From: Candidatus Cloacimonadota bacterium
GTDB taxonomy: Bacteria; Cloacimonadota; Cloacimonadia; Cloacimonadales; JAIOQZ01
Reading direction: 5' to 3'
Length of the DNA stretch: 64,000 bases
Assembly (NCBI GenBank): GCA_021108395.1
Contig: JAIOQZ010000032.1
Location: 4,575 to 68,574, forward strand
Shown: one piece after another, positions 1-12,078 of the stretch
Layout: each line of letters begins with the position of its first letter
Numbering within the stretch: the stretch's first letter is position 1
Made by a program: the position numbers and the translations under genes
The notes under the pieces: generated by a model
Told to the model about the DNA's origin: nothing
What the model saw: only the letters and a program-made list of their open reading frames with translations
Databases searched by the model: none

Positions 1-1256
1 ACGGTATTGCCGACAAGGCAGACTACCTCGACGCCGAAGGCAACTTCACCCTCGAGATCGGCAACGAACTCACCGGCTATGTCGTCCGCCGCGGCGAGAG
101 CGAAACCATCATCGCGCCCAGCTTCAGCAAAGCCAATGCCACCCAGGCCATGCTCATCGAGGCCTACGAAGGCAAGGTACCCGTGAAGGGCAGAGTCATC
201 AGTGCCATCAAGGGCGGATTCGCCATCGACGTGCTCGAAGCTCGCGGCTTCTGTCCGCAATCGCAGATGGACCTGCGTCCGGTGCACGACAGCTCCGAAT
301 TCATCGGCAACGAATTCGACTTTCTCATCATCGATCTGGACGAGCGCGGCATGAACGTTGTTGTTTCGCGCCGTAAGCTGCTGGATAAAGAGCGCGAGGT
401 ATTGCGCAAAGCAACCCTGTCGCAGCTCGAAGTGGGCGCAACCATGCAGGGCCGTGTCACCCGTCTCACCACCTTCGGCGCCTTCGTCGATCTTGGCGGC
501 CTCGAAGGCCTGCTGCACATCAGCGAGATGGACTGGTCACGGGTCGATTCACCCTCCGACGTGCTCAACATCGGCGACGAAATCGAGGTGAAGGTCATCA
601 AGCTCCAGGGCGAGCGCATCTCGCTTTCACGCAGAGCGCTGCTGCCCAACCCCCTCGACGAAGCGCTCAAGGACATCAACGTTGACGACATCGTTTCCTG
701 CCGTATCGTCAAGAACGAAACATTCGGTTCCTTTGCCGAGATACAGCCCGGCGTACAGGGCCTCATCCCCATCAGCGAGATGAAGCGCGGACGCCGCATC
801 GCCAAGCCATCCGAGGTGGTCAAGGTGGGCGATCTCGTGAGTGTCAAGGTGTTGCGGGTGGACCTGGAGAACCGCAAGATCAGCCTCTCGCTCAAGGCTC
901 TCGAAGCCGACCCTTGGGACACCATAGACGACTTCCTCCACAAGGGCCAGGTCGTCGCCGGCGTCATCGACGGCGTCACCGATTTCGGCGTGTTCATCAA
1001 GCTCCGCGACGGCCTCACAGGCCTGCTGCCCAAGGGCAAGATGAAGCTGGGCAAACTCGACATCACCAAAGAGAACATCGGTCAGGAACAGAGCGTTCGC
1101 GTGGCGCACATAGACACCGACCGCCAGCGCATCTCGCTCGAACCAACCGAAATGGAAGGCCAGGCCATTGACCAGAACGACACCTCCGACTGGTGGCGCT
1201 ATGCCAAGCAGAGCTGGAAGAGCAACAAGGACGAGAGCCCCTTCCAGGATCTGTAA
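1..1256 (+). CDS. rpsA: S1 RNA-binding domain protein / 30S ribosomal protein S1 (5' truncated by window edge)
   Basis: Frame is open from position 3 to the stop at 1256. Four S1 repeats (e.g. GRVTRLTTFGAFVDLGGLEGLLHISEMDW). The short atypical C-tail suggests it may be an S1 paralog. Confidence 0.8.
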   Translation, partial: GIADKADYLDAEGNFTLEIGNELTGYVVRRGESETIIAPSFSKANATQAMLIEAYEGKVPVKGRVISAIKGGFAIDVLEARGFCPQSQMDLRPVHDSSEFIGNEFDFLIIDLDERGMNVVVSRRKLLDKEREVLRKATLSQLEVGATMQGRVTRLTTFGAFVDLGGLEGLLHISEMDWSRVDSPSDVLNIGDEIEVKVIKLQGERISLSRRALLPNPLDEALKDINVDDIVSCRIVKNETFGSFAEIQPGVQGLIPISEMKRGRRIAKPSEVVKVGDLVSVKVLRVDLENRKISLSLKALEADPWDTIDDFLHKGQVVAGVIDGVTDFGVFIKLRDGLTGLLPKGKMKLGKLDITKENIGQEQSVRVAHIDTDRQRISLEPTEMEGQAIDQNDTSDWWRYAKQSWKSNKDESPFQDL

Positions 1257-1279
1257 ACCAATCGCAAACAGATATGCAT

Positions 1280-1309
1280 CGCCCCGGCAGCCGCTGGGGC
1301 GTTTTTTTT
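1280..1309 (+). terminator. Rho-independent terminator
   Basis: CGCCCCGGC-agcc-GCTGGGGCG hairpin followed by T8, 24 nt after the stop. Confidence 0.85.
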
Positions 1310-1467
1310 GTTGCGGCGACATGCGGCGCTCCTGCATGAAAGCGGGAAATAGTATTTCGGAATCCTGCAAATCACGATTTTGACAATTAATCCCGATTAC
1401 GACCTGCTCACTGTTTGAGAACCAGAAAAGATTTGACGTAGCCTTGTATCTGGGCATTACTGAGAAC

Positions 1468-3039
1468 ATGAAGAAAAAACTCGATATCACCGTGCTGATC
1501 GTTGAAGATGATCGCGAGATTCTCACCATCCTGTCCACCGTTCTTGGCGAGATTGTGCGTGAGGTCTGCACTGCGTACGACGGCATTCACGGGCTGGAGC
1601 TATACGAGGCGCATCAACCCGATATCCTCATCACCGATGTCAGGATGCCGCGTCTGGGCGGGCTCGAAATGATTCGCCAGATTCGCTATCTGAACGACAA
1701 CTGCAAGATTATCGTCATGTCGGCGTATCAGGAGACCAGCTTCTTTCTCGAAGCAATCGACATCGGCGTCGATGGTTTTCTTCTCAAGCCCATCCACATC
1801 GACAGGTTGACCTCGCTGGTCGAAGAGCTGGGCAATGTGACACAGCTCGAGCGCAAGCTTGCCCTCGAAGAGGAAGAGCTTCGGCGGGTAGAGGTTGAGT
1901 TGAGCCAAAGCGAGGCGCGCTATCATTCACTGTTCAGCTCGATGCAGGACGGCGTGATGCTGTTCCGGCTCGAAGGCGATGAACCGACTGTAACCATCAC
2001 CGACACCAATATTGCCTTTACTCGTCTCCTGAGCGAAACGTCATGCGAAGAACTTCCCCTGCTCGAGCTGGCCACCGAGTTGAGCAGAACCGGCAAAGCA
2101 GTCGTTGTCGAACGTTATTTATCAGATATCAACCGTCACTTTCGCATCAACCTGTTCCAGCCACAGGACGGCCTTTTCGCCGCTATCCTCACCGATCTCA
2201 CCGACCACAAGCGCATCGAGGAGCAAGTCCATGCGCTCAATCGTGGACTGGAGAAGCGGGTCGAGGAGGAGCTGCAAAAACGCCAGGAGCAACAGCGGCT
2301 GCTTATTCAGAAGAGCAAGCTCGAATCACTGGGCATTCTGGCGGCAGGCGTTGCGCACGAAGTGAATCAGCCGCTCACACGCATTTCGCTGGGTCTGGGC
2401 AACATCGCTTTCAAGAGCCAGCGCGGCAAGCTCAGCGGCGCCTACATCGAGGAGAAGTGCGAAACGCTGCTGGGCGATGTCGAACGCATCAAGACCATCA
2501 TCGATCACATTAAGACCTTCTCGCGTGAACAGAAATCCGACCTGTTCGAGCGGGTGGACATCAACAAGGTGGTGCACGCTTCAATGCTGCTGGTGCAGAA
2601 CCAGTATCGCAATCACGGCATCGAACTGGTGACGGAACTGGCCGAGTCTGTCGAGCCGACCATCGGCAACCCATACCGGCTCGAGCAGGTTGTGCTCAAT
2701 TTGTTGTCCAATGCCCGGGACGCGGTCGAAGAACGAACAGAAGTGTCCGATGACAACTTCGTGCCGCGCATCGTATTGCGTACTGTCCAGGAGACAGGTG
2801 TGGTGTGCGTCGAGGTGGAGGACAACGGTATTGGCATTCCCGCCGACGATCTGGAAATGATTTTCGAGCCGTTTTTCACTCGCAAGGACACCAATCGCGG
2901 CACAGGACTGGGGCTGTCCATCAGCTATGGTATCGTGGGCGAGATGAAAGGCAGCATCGAAGCGCACAGCAGCCCCGGCGAAGGTACCCGTATGTGCGTG
3001 CGTCTGCCGGTGATTGACACAGGAGAGCAACCGCAATGA
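1468..3039 (+). CDS. Soluble hybrid sensor: REC-PAS-HisKA-HATPase histidine kinase
   Basis: N-terminal receiver (LIVEDD, ITDVRMP, LKP); H-box AHEVNQPL; N-box NLLSNARDA; G-boxes DNGIG and GTGLGL. ATG 1468 chosen as start. Confidence 0.9.
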   Translation: MKKKLDITVLIVEDDREILTILSTVLGEIVREVCTAYDGIHGLELYEAHQPDILITDVRMPRLGGLEMIRQIRYLNDNCKIIVMSAYQETSFFLEAIDIGVDGFLLKPIHIDRLTSLVEELGNVTQLERKLALEEEELRRVEVELSQSEARYHSLFSSMQDGVMLFRLEGDEPTVTITDTNIAFTRLLSETSCEELPLLELATELSRTGKAVVVERYLSDINRHFRINLFQPQDGLFAAILTDLTDHKRIEEQVHALNRGLEKRVEEELQKRQEQQRLLIQKSKLESLGILAAGVAHEVNQPLTRISLGLGNIAFKSQRGKLSGAYIEEKCETLLGDVERIKTIIDHIKTFSREQKSDLFERVDINKVVHASMLLVQNQYRNHGIELVTELAESVEPTIGNPYRLEQVVLNLLSNARDAVEERTEVSDDNFVPRIVLRTVQETGVVCVEVEDNGIGIPADDLEMIFEPFFTRKDTNRGTGLGLSISYGIVGEMKGSIEAHSSPGEGTRMCVRLPVIDTGEQPQ

Positions 3040-4406
3040 TGCAGATACTCATTGTTGACGACGAAGCCGGCATTCGCGCCGAGCTTACCGAATTCCTCTG
3101 CGAGCATGATTTCGAGGTATATGCCGCCGCTACGCCGTCGGAAGCCTTCGAGCAGCTCGAAAGGCGCGAGATCGACCTGGTTATCCTCGACATACGCCTT
3201 CCCCAGATGGACGGCCTCGAAGTGCTGCGCCGCATCAGAGATGCCTGGCCGGCACTCGAGGTTATCATGATTACCGGTCATGGCGACCAAGAGAACATCC
3301 TGCAATCCATGCGTCTGGGCGCATTCGATTTCTTCATCAAGCCCTTCCGCGTCGCCGACATCCATCACGCCATTCAACGCACCAGTCGTTTCATCGAGTT
3401 GCACCAGCGGCTGCACGACGTAGAGCGCACCTACAGCCTCATCAACCATGAGTTACAGGCAAGGATTGGCGCCGATCTCATTGGCCGCAGCAACGCCATC
3501 CACCAGGTTATCGAGCAGATGCACCAGATTACCGGCGCTGACGATACGCCAGTGCTCATTACGGGTGAGACCGGCACCGGCAAGGAGCTTGTGGCGCGCG
3601 GGATTCACTATTTGTCGTCACGCCGCGAGCGATATTTCTATCCGGTCAATTGCTCGGCCATTCCCGAGAGCCTGTTCGAGAGCGAGTTTTTCGGGCATCG
3701 AAAGGGCGCTTTCACCGGCGCTCTCGAAGACAAGGCCGGCTGGTTCGAGGTGGCTCATCGGGGCACGCTGTTTCTCGACGAGATTGGCGACATGCCGCCG
3801 GCGCTGCAATCCAAGCTGCTGCGTGTGCTCGAAGACCGCATGGTGCGCCGCATCGGCTCTACCCGTGAAGTACCGTTCGACACGCGTGTCATCTCGGCCA
3901 CCAACCAGAACGTCGAGGCGCTCGTCGCCGACAAGAAATTCCGTCTCGATCTCTACCACCGCCTCAATACTTTTCACATCCACATTCCGCCCCTGAGAGA
4001 GAGGCCCGAAGACATACCGGTTCTGGTCGAGCACTTTCTCACAGACTTCGCTCGCAAGTTGCGCAAGCCGGTACAGGCCATCGCTGAGGACGTGCTCGAC
4101 GCGCTCTGCGCCTATCCGTTCGCCGGCAACGTGCGCGAACTGCGCAACCTCGTCGAGCGGGCAGTCATCATTTGTGAAGGCGATACGCTGAACCGCAGGC
4201 ACTTCCCTGACATGCCGGGGGGAGCGCCGTCAGTCGCCGCCACAGCCGAGGCGCCGAACGAAACGCTCGACCTTACGAAGATCGAGCGCCAGACCATTCT
4301 CAAAGCTTTGCGCCGCACCGACGGCAATAAAGCGCAGGCAGCGGAATTGTTAGGCCTCTCCTGGAACGCTCTCGACCGCCGCATGAAGAAATACGAGCTG
4401 AGTTAA
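3036..4406 (+). CDS. NtrC-family sigma54-dependent response regulator (REC-AAA+-Fis HTH)
   Basis: GETGTGKE Walker A, GAFTGA loop, LFLDEIGD Walker B, GNVRELRN, C-terminal NKAQAAELLG HTH. ATGA overlap with the upstream kinase. Confidence 0.95.
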   Translation: MMQILIVDDEAGIRAELTEFLCEHDFEVYAAATPSEAFEQLERREIDLVILDIRLPQMDGLEVLRRIRDAWPALEVIMITGHGDQENILQSMRLGAFDFFIKPFRVADIHHAIQRTSRFIELHQRLHDVERTYSLINHELQARIGADLIGRSNAIHQVIEQMHQITGADDTPVLITGETGTGKELVARGIHYLSSRRERYFYPVNCSAIPESLFESEFFGHRKGAFTGALEDKAGWFEVAHRGTLFLDEIGDMPPALQSKLLRVLEDRMVRRIGSTREVPFDTRVISATNQNVEALVADKKFRLDLYHRLNTFHIHIPPLRERPEDIPVLVEHFLTDFARKLRKPVQAIAEDVLDALCAYPFAGNVRELRNLVERAVIICEGDTLNRRHFPDMPGGAPSVAATAEAPNETLDLTKIERQTILKALRRTDGNKAQAAELLGLSWNALDRRMKKYELS

Positions 4407-4409
4407 GAG

Positions 4410-4506
4410 CAGGGGTTTCACCCCTGAAGATGGGGTGCTGCCCCCACCCCCGTCAACTTTTTGTAAAAAGTGGAATCAAAAACTCTTGGCGGATGCTGAC
4501 GCATAC
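4410..4506. repeat. Modular hairpin repeat family, half-unit copy A (doubled GGGG/CCCC terminal hairpin)
   Basis: caggggtttcacccctg ... aactttttgtaaaaagtggaatcaaaaactcttggcggatgctgacgcat; homologous to 18843, 22239, 33806 and 63165-63413. Confidence 0.8.
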
Positions 4507-4633
4507 AGCACTCCTCCTCCCACATCACCGTTTTCGCAGACTCTTCGCCAGCGCGTATTCGCTTTGCGGAAAGCGGCATTTCCGGTAAAGCCGCAATTCG
4601 CTGTCTTGCATCTGTTTGCGCCACATGCCCCGG

Positions 4634-4650
4634 TTGGCATGGTTCTTGTT
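4634..4650 (+). promoter_or_regulatory. Putative sigma54 (-24/-12) promoter
   Basis: TTGGCATGGTTCTTGTT: good -24 element and correct spacing, but -12 is TTGT rather than TTGC. 37 nt before ATG 4687, downstream of an NtrC-type gene. Confidence 0.5.
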
Positions 4651-4686
4651 CTTATCAGTGGTAATTGCGTAATTGAGGCGGCCACT

Positions 4687-5036
4687 ATGAACATTCTGAT
4701 CGTAAGCAACCGCAACGATCTCTACGACGAGTGGGAAGACTTCGCAGTGACACTCGATTCCCGCGTTTTCTTTGCTACAGATCGTAAACAGGCCGTCAGT
4801 CTGCTCGAATGCGAGCACATTGATGTGGCGGTGCTTGATGTGCGTGCCATGAGCGACCTGGGGCTGCTCAAATACATTAATGACACCCACACGAAAGTGC
4901 GCGTTATGCTTGTCACCCAGGAACGCATGAGCGATCTGGTGGCGGTTGCCCGCGACGGACATTACAGCCTTGTAGGCGACAACCTCGACATTGCCTCGCT
5001 GCTTCATCTGATTGCCGAAGCCGGTATGGAGGGAAA

Positions 5037-5040
<4 letters not shown>
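4687..5040 (+). CDS. Single-domain atypical receiver (REC-like) protein
   Basis: MNILIVS...IDVAVLD...SDLGLLKYI CheY-like pattern, preceded by GAGG. The longer ORF start at 4435 lies inside the repeat. Confidence 0.7.
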
Positions 5041-7371
<2,331 letters not shown>

Positions 7372-7379
<8 letters not shown>

Positions 7380-8559
7380 CAAGCTCGACAAAGCGCGCAT
7401 TCTGCTGGTGGATGACGTCCCTGCCAACATCAAGGTTGCCGGTAATATATTGCGACACGAGGACTACAAGGTGGTGTTCGCCACCAGCGGACGCGAAGCG
7501 CTCGAACGCCTCGGCGAAAGCCGGTTCGACCTCGTGCTGCTCGATATCATGATGCCGGAGGTGGACGGCTTCGAGGTTTGTCGCCAGCTCAAGCTGGATG
7601 AAACCACCCGCGACATCCCGGTCATCTTTCTCACCGCGAAGCTGGATACAGAGAGCATTCTCAAGGCCTACAACATCGGAGGCCAGGACTTTGTCACCAA
7701 GCCGTTCAACGAGAGCGAATTGCTGGCGCGCATCAGGGCGCACCTCGACCTGAAACGCAGCCATGAGCGTCTGCGGACGCTCAACTGCGAGCTCGAGCTG
7801 GAGGTGGGCACGCGGAAAAAGGTGGAAAAGAAGCTCCGCCAGGCACAGGCAAAGGTGCGAAAGACCAACTCGGAACTCGAAAAGCGGGTGAAACAGCGTA
7901 CGAGCGAGCTGGAAAAGGAGATAGAAGACCGCAAGAAAGCCCAGGAGGCTCAGCGACAGAGCTATGAGAAACTGAACAGCATTATGGACGACATCATCCT
8001 CACCATGGCGCGGCTCGTCGAGATACGCGACCCATATACGGCGGGGCATCAGCAGAGGGTGGCCGATCTGGCTGTGGCCATTGCCACCAAGATGAACCTC
8101 TCGAAGGATGAAATCGACGGCATACGCGCTGCCGGAATCGTGCATGACATCGGCAAGATGTACGTTCCAGGCGAGCTTCTCACCCGCCCGGGCAAGCTCG
8201 AGGAATTCGAGTTCAAGGTGTTGCAGGCGCATGCCGCCAAAGGTTCCTATATTCTGCGATCGATCGATTTTCCCTGGCCTGTCGCCGACATGGTGGGCCA
8301 GCATCACGAGCGGCTGGACGGCAGCGGCTATCCGGAAGGGCTGGCCGGTGATGAAATCTTGCAGGGGGCGCGCATTCTGGCAGTAGCCGATGTTGTCGAG
8401 GCAATCAGCTCGCATCGTCCCTACCGCGCGGCGCTGGGCATTGACGTTGCGCTTGCGGAAATCCGAAAAAACGCGGGCAAACATTTCGAGGTGGCCGTGG
8501 TTTCTGTTTGTTGCGAATTGTTTGAGAATAATGAGTTTAGCTTCGATAGGATGAGTTAG
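7372..8559 (+). CDS. Response regulator with HD-GYP cyclic-di-GMP phosphodiesterase domain (RpfG-like)
   Basis: REC domain, coiled coil, HDIGK, HHERLDGSGYP, RPYR. Confidence 0.93.
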
Positions 8560-8653
8560 GCAAGAGTCAGTTCATTGTCGCTAATTACTTGTTTTTGCGA
8601 AAATTGCTTGCCTAAAAAACGCCGTTATACCGAATTATGTCATAAGGTGAATT

Positions 8654-9544
8654 ATGCAACACACACACAATGGCGCAGACACAGGGCAAAAAATGTCACT
8701 GCAAGACCTTATTGAGCAGGTAAACAAGTCCGACATCGGATCGCTCCGGCAGAATGTCGTGCGCATCCTGTCGCTTGTGCACAATCCCGCCACGTCTGCT
8801 CATGAGTTGAGCGACCTTATTCAGACAGACCCACCATTGTGCTCGCGCATTCTTCGCGTGGCCAACTCTGCATTTTACGGCTCGCAGCGCCATGTCGGCG
8901 CCATCCGGCAAGCGATTATCTGGCTGGGGTTCAATACAGTCAAAGAGCTTGCGTTGAGCCAGAAGGTGTTCGAGCTGTTTCAGAACGGCAATGGCCTCGC
9001 TGATTTCTCGCTGAAGAATCTGTGGAACCACAGCATGCTGGTGGCTGTGGGCAGCAAGCTCGTCTATCGCCGCGAGTTTGTCCTGAGTGGCGAAGAAGCC
9101 TTCACTGCCGGCCTGTTACATGAACTGGGGCTCATCATCGAGGCGCAGTTCTGCAAAGAGGTCTTTGCCTATGACCTGATACATCAGCATAAGGGCAACA
9201 TGCGTCAGCTTGAGGACGCTATCCTGGGATACAACCACTGCGACATCGGTGGCGCCCTGGCCAAGGCCTGGGAATTTCCTGACTTCATCTCCTCAAGCAT
9301 CAAGTATCATCACACGCCGGAACTGAGCCCGGAGAGGGGCCGTCGGCTGGTGCAGACCGTCTTCATCGCTGATACACTCGCTACACGCATCTATAAAGAG
9401 TTCAACGACGAGCCGGCGGAAAACAAGGCCACTTTCGATGCCTGCATGAGAGACCTTTCAATTGAGTCCGAGGCGCTGGATTTGCTGGCGAAAGAACTGG
9501 AGAAGGAACGTCAGATACTCGTCGAGAAGGGACTGATGCTATAG
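8654..9544 (+). CDS. HDOD domain protein
   Basis: DPPLCSRILRVANSAFYG, AFTAGLLHELG, HCDIGGALAKAWEFP...HH. Confidence 0.9.
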   Translation: MQHTHNGADTGQKMSLQDLIEQVNKSDIGSLRQNVVRILSLVHNPATSAHELSDLIQTDPPLCSRILRVANSAFYGSQRHVGAIRQAIIWLGFNTVKELALSQKVFELFQNGNGLADFSLKNLWNHSMLVAVGSKLVYRREFVLSGEEAFTAGLLHELGLIIEAQFCKEVFAYDLIHQHKGNMRQLEDAILGYNHCDIGGALAKAWEFPDFISSSIKYHHTPELSPERGRRLVQTVFIADTLATRIYKEFNDEPAENKATFDACMRDLSIESEALDLLAKELEKERQILVEKGLML

Positions 9545-9612
9545 CTGTTTCACGACATGCCGGACTAATTGACTGTTTGAGCGCTACGCTGCTATTGGGG
9601 GACACACGGCAG

Positions 9613-10899
9613 ATGAACACCGATCAAAACCAGAAGCTTCAACAACGCATCAAAGAACTTGAAATCGAGTTGCGTCATCTGCGCAACGATTATGACCTGA
9701 CGCGCCGTGAGGTCGATGTCGCCAAGGGTAATTTTCTCGATATGCTCAAGAGCCTCGAAGACATCAACGTCGAGTTGGCGGACAGAAACGCGAAAATCGA
9801 GCAGCAGAAAGCCGAGATCGACAACCAGTACCGCCTCTTTCGCACTCTGCTTGACGAAATACCCAACCCCGTGTTCTACGAAGACGCTCAGGGGAATTAT
9901 CTCGGATGCAACAAAGCTTTCTGCCAGGCTCTGGGCATCACGTCCGACAAGGTCGAGGGCAAGACGGCGTATGAGATTTTCCCGCGGCACGATGCCGAAC
10001 TGCATCATCGCATGGACGACAAGCTCATTCGCCAGGGCGGCATTCTGCATTACGAAACCTGCATTCTCTTTGCAGACGGCCTCGACCATGACATTGTCAT
10101 TAGCAAGGCCGCTTACCTCGACGCAGGCGGGCGCATTCTGGGCATCGTGGCCGTGTGCAGCGATGTCACTCAGAGTAAGCGCAACGAACTCGAGCTGCGC
10201 CAGTCTAATCGCGCCAAAGACAAGTTCTTCTCTATCATCAGCCATGACATGAAAAACCCGCTCAACGCGCTCATGCTCACCACCGAGTTCCTACAGGACA
10301 ACCACCAGGATCTTACGAAATCCAAGGTGGAAGATATGCTTGGCAATGTCCACAATTCGGCCAAGCGCCTCAATGCGTTACTGAGCAATCTGCTACAGTG
10401 GGCGCGGTCACAGTCTGGCCGCATCCCCCACGAGCCCACCCACCTCGATCTGTATAATCTGGTGGAGCAGATTATCTCACTTGCCGCCAGCACGGCTCGA
10501 GAGAAAAGCATCGAATTGGCGAGCGACATACCTCGCGGGATGTTCATATATGCCGACCGCCAAATGCTGATGACCGTGCTGCGAAATCTGGTGTCTAACG
10601 CTGTGAAATTTACTCAGCCCGAAGGCAAGGTGCTTGTGAATGCCATTCTGCTGGACGACTGGGTGGAAATCACTGTGGCCGACAACGGCATTGGCCTTTC
10701 CAAAGCCGACATCGACAAGCTGTTTCGCATCGATGTTCACTATAGCACAAAAGGCACGAGCCGCGAGACCGGCACGGGGCTGGGATTGATTTTATGCTTC
10801 GAGTTTGTAGAGCGGCAGGGGGGCGAAATAAAGGTGTTCAGTGAGGTGGGCAAGGGCAGTACGTTCCGAGTTCGTCTGCCCCGTCAAGATGCCGACTGA
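9613..10899 (+). CDS. Coiled-coil/PAS sensor histidine kinase
   Basis: PAS (YLGCNKAF), KDKFFSIISHDMKNPL H-box, NLVSNAVKFT, GTGLGL. Confidence 0.92.
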   Translation: MNTDQNQKLQQRIKELEIELRHLRNDYDLTRREVDVAKGNFLDMLKSLEDINVELADRNAKIEQQKAEIDNQYRLFRTLLDEIPNPVFYEDAQGNYLGCNKAFCQALGITSDKVEGKTAYEIFPRHDAELHHRMDDKLIRQGGILHYETCILFADGLDHDIVISKAAYLDAGGRILGIVAVCSDVTQSKRNELELRQSNRAKDKFFSIISHDMKNPLNALMLTTEFLQDNHQDLTKSKVEDMLGNVHNSAKRLNALLSNLLQWARSQSGRIPHEPTHLDLYNLVEQIISLAASTAREKSIELASDIPRGMFIYADRQMLMTVLRNLVSNAVKFTQPEGKVLVNAILLDDWVEITVADNGIGLSKADIDKLFRIDVHYSTKGTSRETGTGLGLILCFEFVERQGGEIKVFSEVGKGSTFRVRLPRQDAD

Positions 10900-10908
10900 C
10901 GATCTGGG

Positions 10909-11613
10909 CTATCCCCTGATCTTTGTCTTGATTTCCTTCAACATATCCATTCCGAATCGACGAATGATGGCGCGCAGTTCTTCCTCGCTGATTTCATCTC
11001 CCACGATGTCACGGAAAATAAGAAAAAGCCTGTCTTCAATTGTCATTTCCTGTTGTGGCGGCAGAGATACCATCGGCGTACTGAGGCGGCGACGCACCTT
11101 CTTGCCCAGACGCAGTTTCAGCTCCTCGATAGTGAAGCTGTGCGGGTCTGTTACCAGTCGGCCTGTGGCCTGCATGCGGTCGCGGGAATCACATTCGCGT
11201 CCCAGCAGCAGCAGCTTGGTAATGCCGATGCGATCATAGATGTCTTCGACCTCATCCATGCGGGAGCGGCTGCTCAGGATGTTGCTCAGATCGGTGCTGT
11301 AGCGCTGTTCGAGGTAGTCTGTAATCACATAGAGCGCTTTTTCTATGCGATAGCAGTGATGTATTCCTCGGGGCGAAATGCGCCGCAGATATTCCTTCAA
11401 TGTCACCTGGCCCTGGGTGGCCTCGAAGATGCCTTCCTGCTTCCACTTGATGCGAAGCCACATATAGTCAAAGGCAATCGCCAGAGAGTTGTCGCGGTAT
11501 TGTTTATCTAACCTGGACAACCTGGTCTCAACGTTCTGAACCGATATCGGACGGCCTGGACCCTCGAAGAAGGCAGGATTGATGTCATCTGCTCGCGGTG
11601 TACTTGAATACAT
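10909..11613 (-). CDS. Hypothetical protein, possibly DUF3102-like helical DNA-binding protein
   Basis: 234-aa ORF with GGAGG RBS, 16 nt after the preceding gene. 'TLKEYLRRISPRGIHHCYRIEK...IGITKLLLL' resembles the DUF3102-type pattern by eye. Confidence 0.6.
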   Translation of the reverse strand: MYSSTPRADDINPAFFEGPGRPISVQNVETRLSRLDKQYRDNSLAIAFDYMWLRIKWKQEGIFEATQGQVTLKEYLRRISPRGIHHCYRIEKALYVITDYLEQRYSTDLSNILSSRSRMDEVEDIYDRIGITKLLLLGRECDSRDRMQATGRLVTDPHSFTIEELKLRLGKKVRRRLSTPMVSLPPQQEMTIEDRLFLIFRDIVGDEISEEELRAIIRRFGMDMLKEIKTKIRG

Positions 11614-11629
11614 AGTTCCTCCCGTCTGT

Positions 11630-12076
11630 TTACAGTGCGCTTCGAATGAAAACCATCACTACGAGGAATAAAATCATGGCGACAGTGAGCACCAGCCACA
11701 ATGTCAGGTCGGCACGGCGCTGAGGCAGCGTTTGCAGCTCGTCTCCCGATTCTACCAGAGGATGCTTGCGTCGGTGGATGTATCCTGAAACCTCCATCGC
11801 GTGATGGAAGCGTTCCGGTGAGAAGTTATCGATCAGGTCGTCCATAAGCAGGGCGAGGTAATTGTTGTCCCACACCGAGCGATTTTGCAGGAGTTGTTCG
11901 CCCTCGTGCCGCTGCACCACCTTCGGGCAGCGACTGCGAGCGATTTCAAATGCCTCGACCACCGCGTTATTCTCATTCAGCGGGTATTTGTCGATGAACG
12001 AGGTTAGGTGCGACTTGACACTAATCATGTCGCGCTCGTTCAGAGCTTGCTCGAGGCGTTCTTCCAGGCTCATCAT
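11630..12076 (-). CDS. Tail-anchored membrane protein, dynamin partner
   Basis: ATG at 12076 directly follows the dynamin stop. Soluble helical domain (HEGE...WDNNYL...NFSPER) and a C-terminal hydrophobic helix LWLVLTVAMILFLVVMVFI. Confidence 0.75.
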   Translation of the reverse strand: MMSLEERLEQALNERDMISVKSHLTSFIDKYPLNENNAVVEAFEIARSRCPKVVQRHEGEQLLQNRSVWDNNYLALLMDDLIDNFSPERFHHAMEVSGYIHRRKHPLVESGDELQTLPQRRADLTLWLVLTVAMILFLVVMVFIRSAL

Positions 12077-12078
12077 GG

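Noticed and set aside
4435-4686. N-terminal extension of the receiver-like ORF; also ORFs 18921-19568 and 63363-63749
   Set aside because: These frames start in the hairpin repeat or promoter DNA, or run antisense to real genes.
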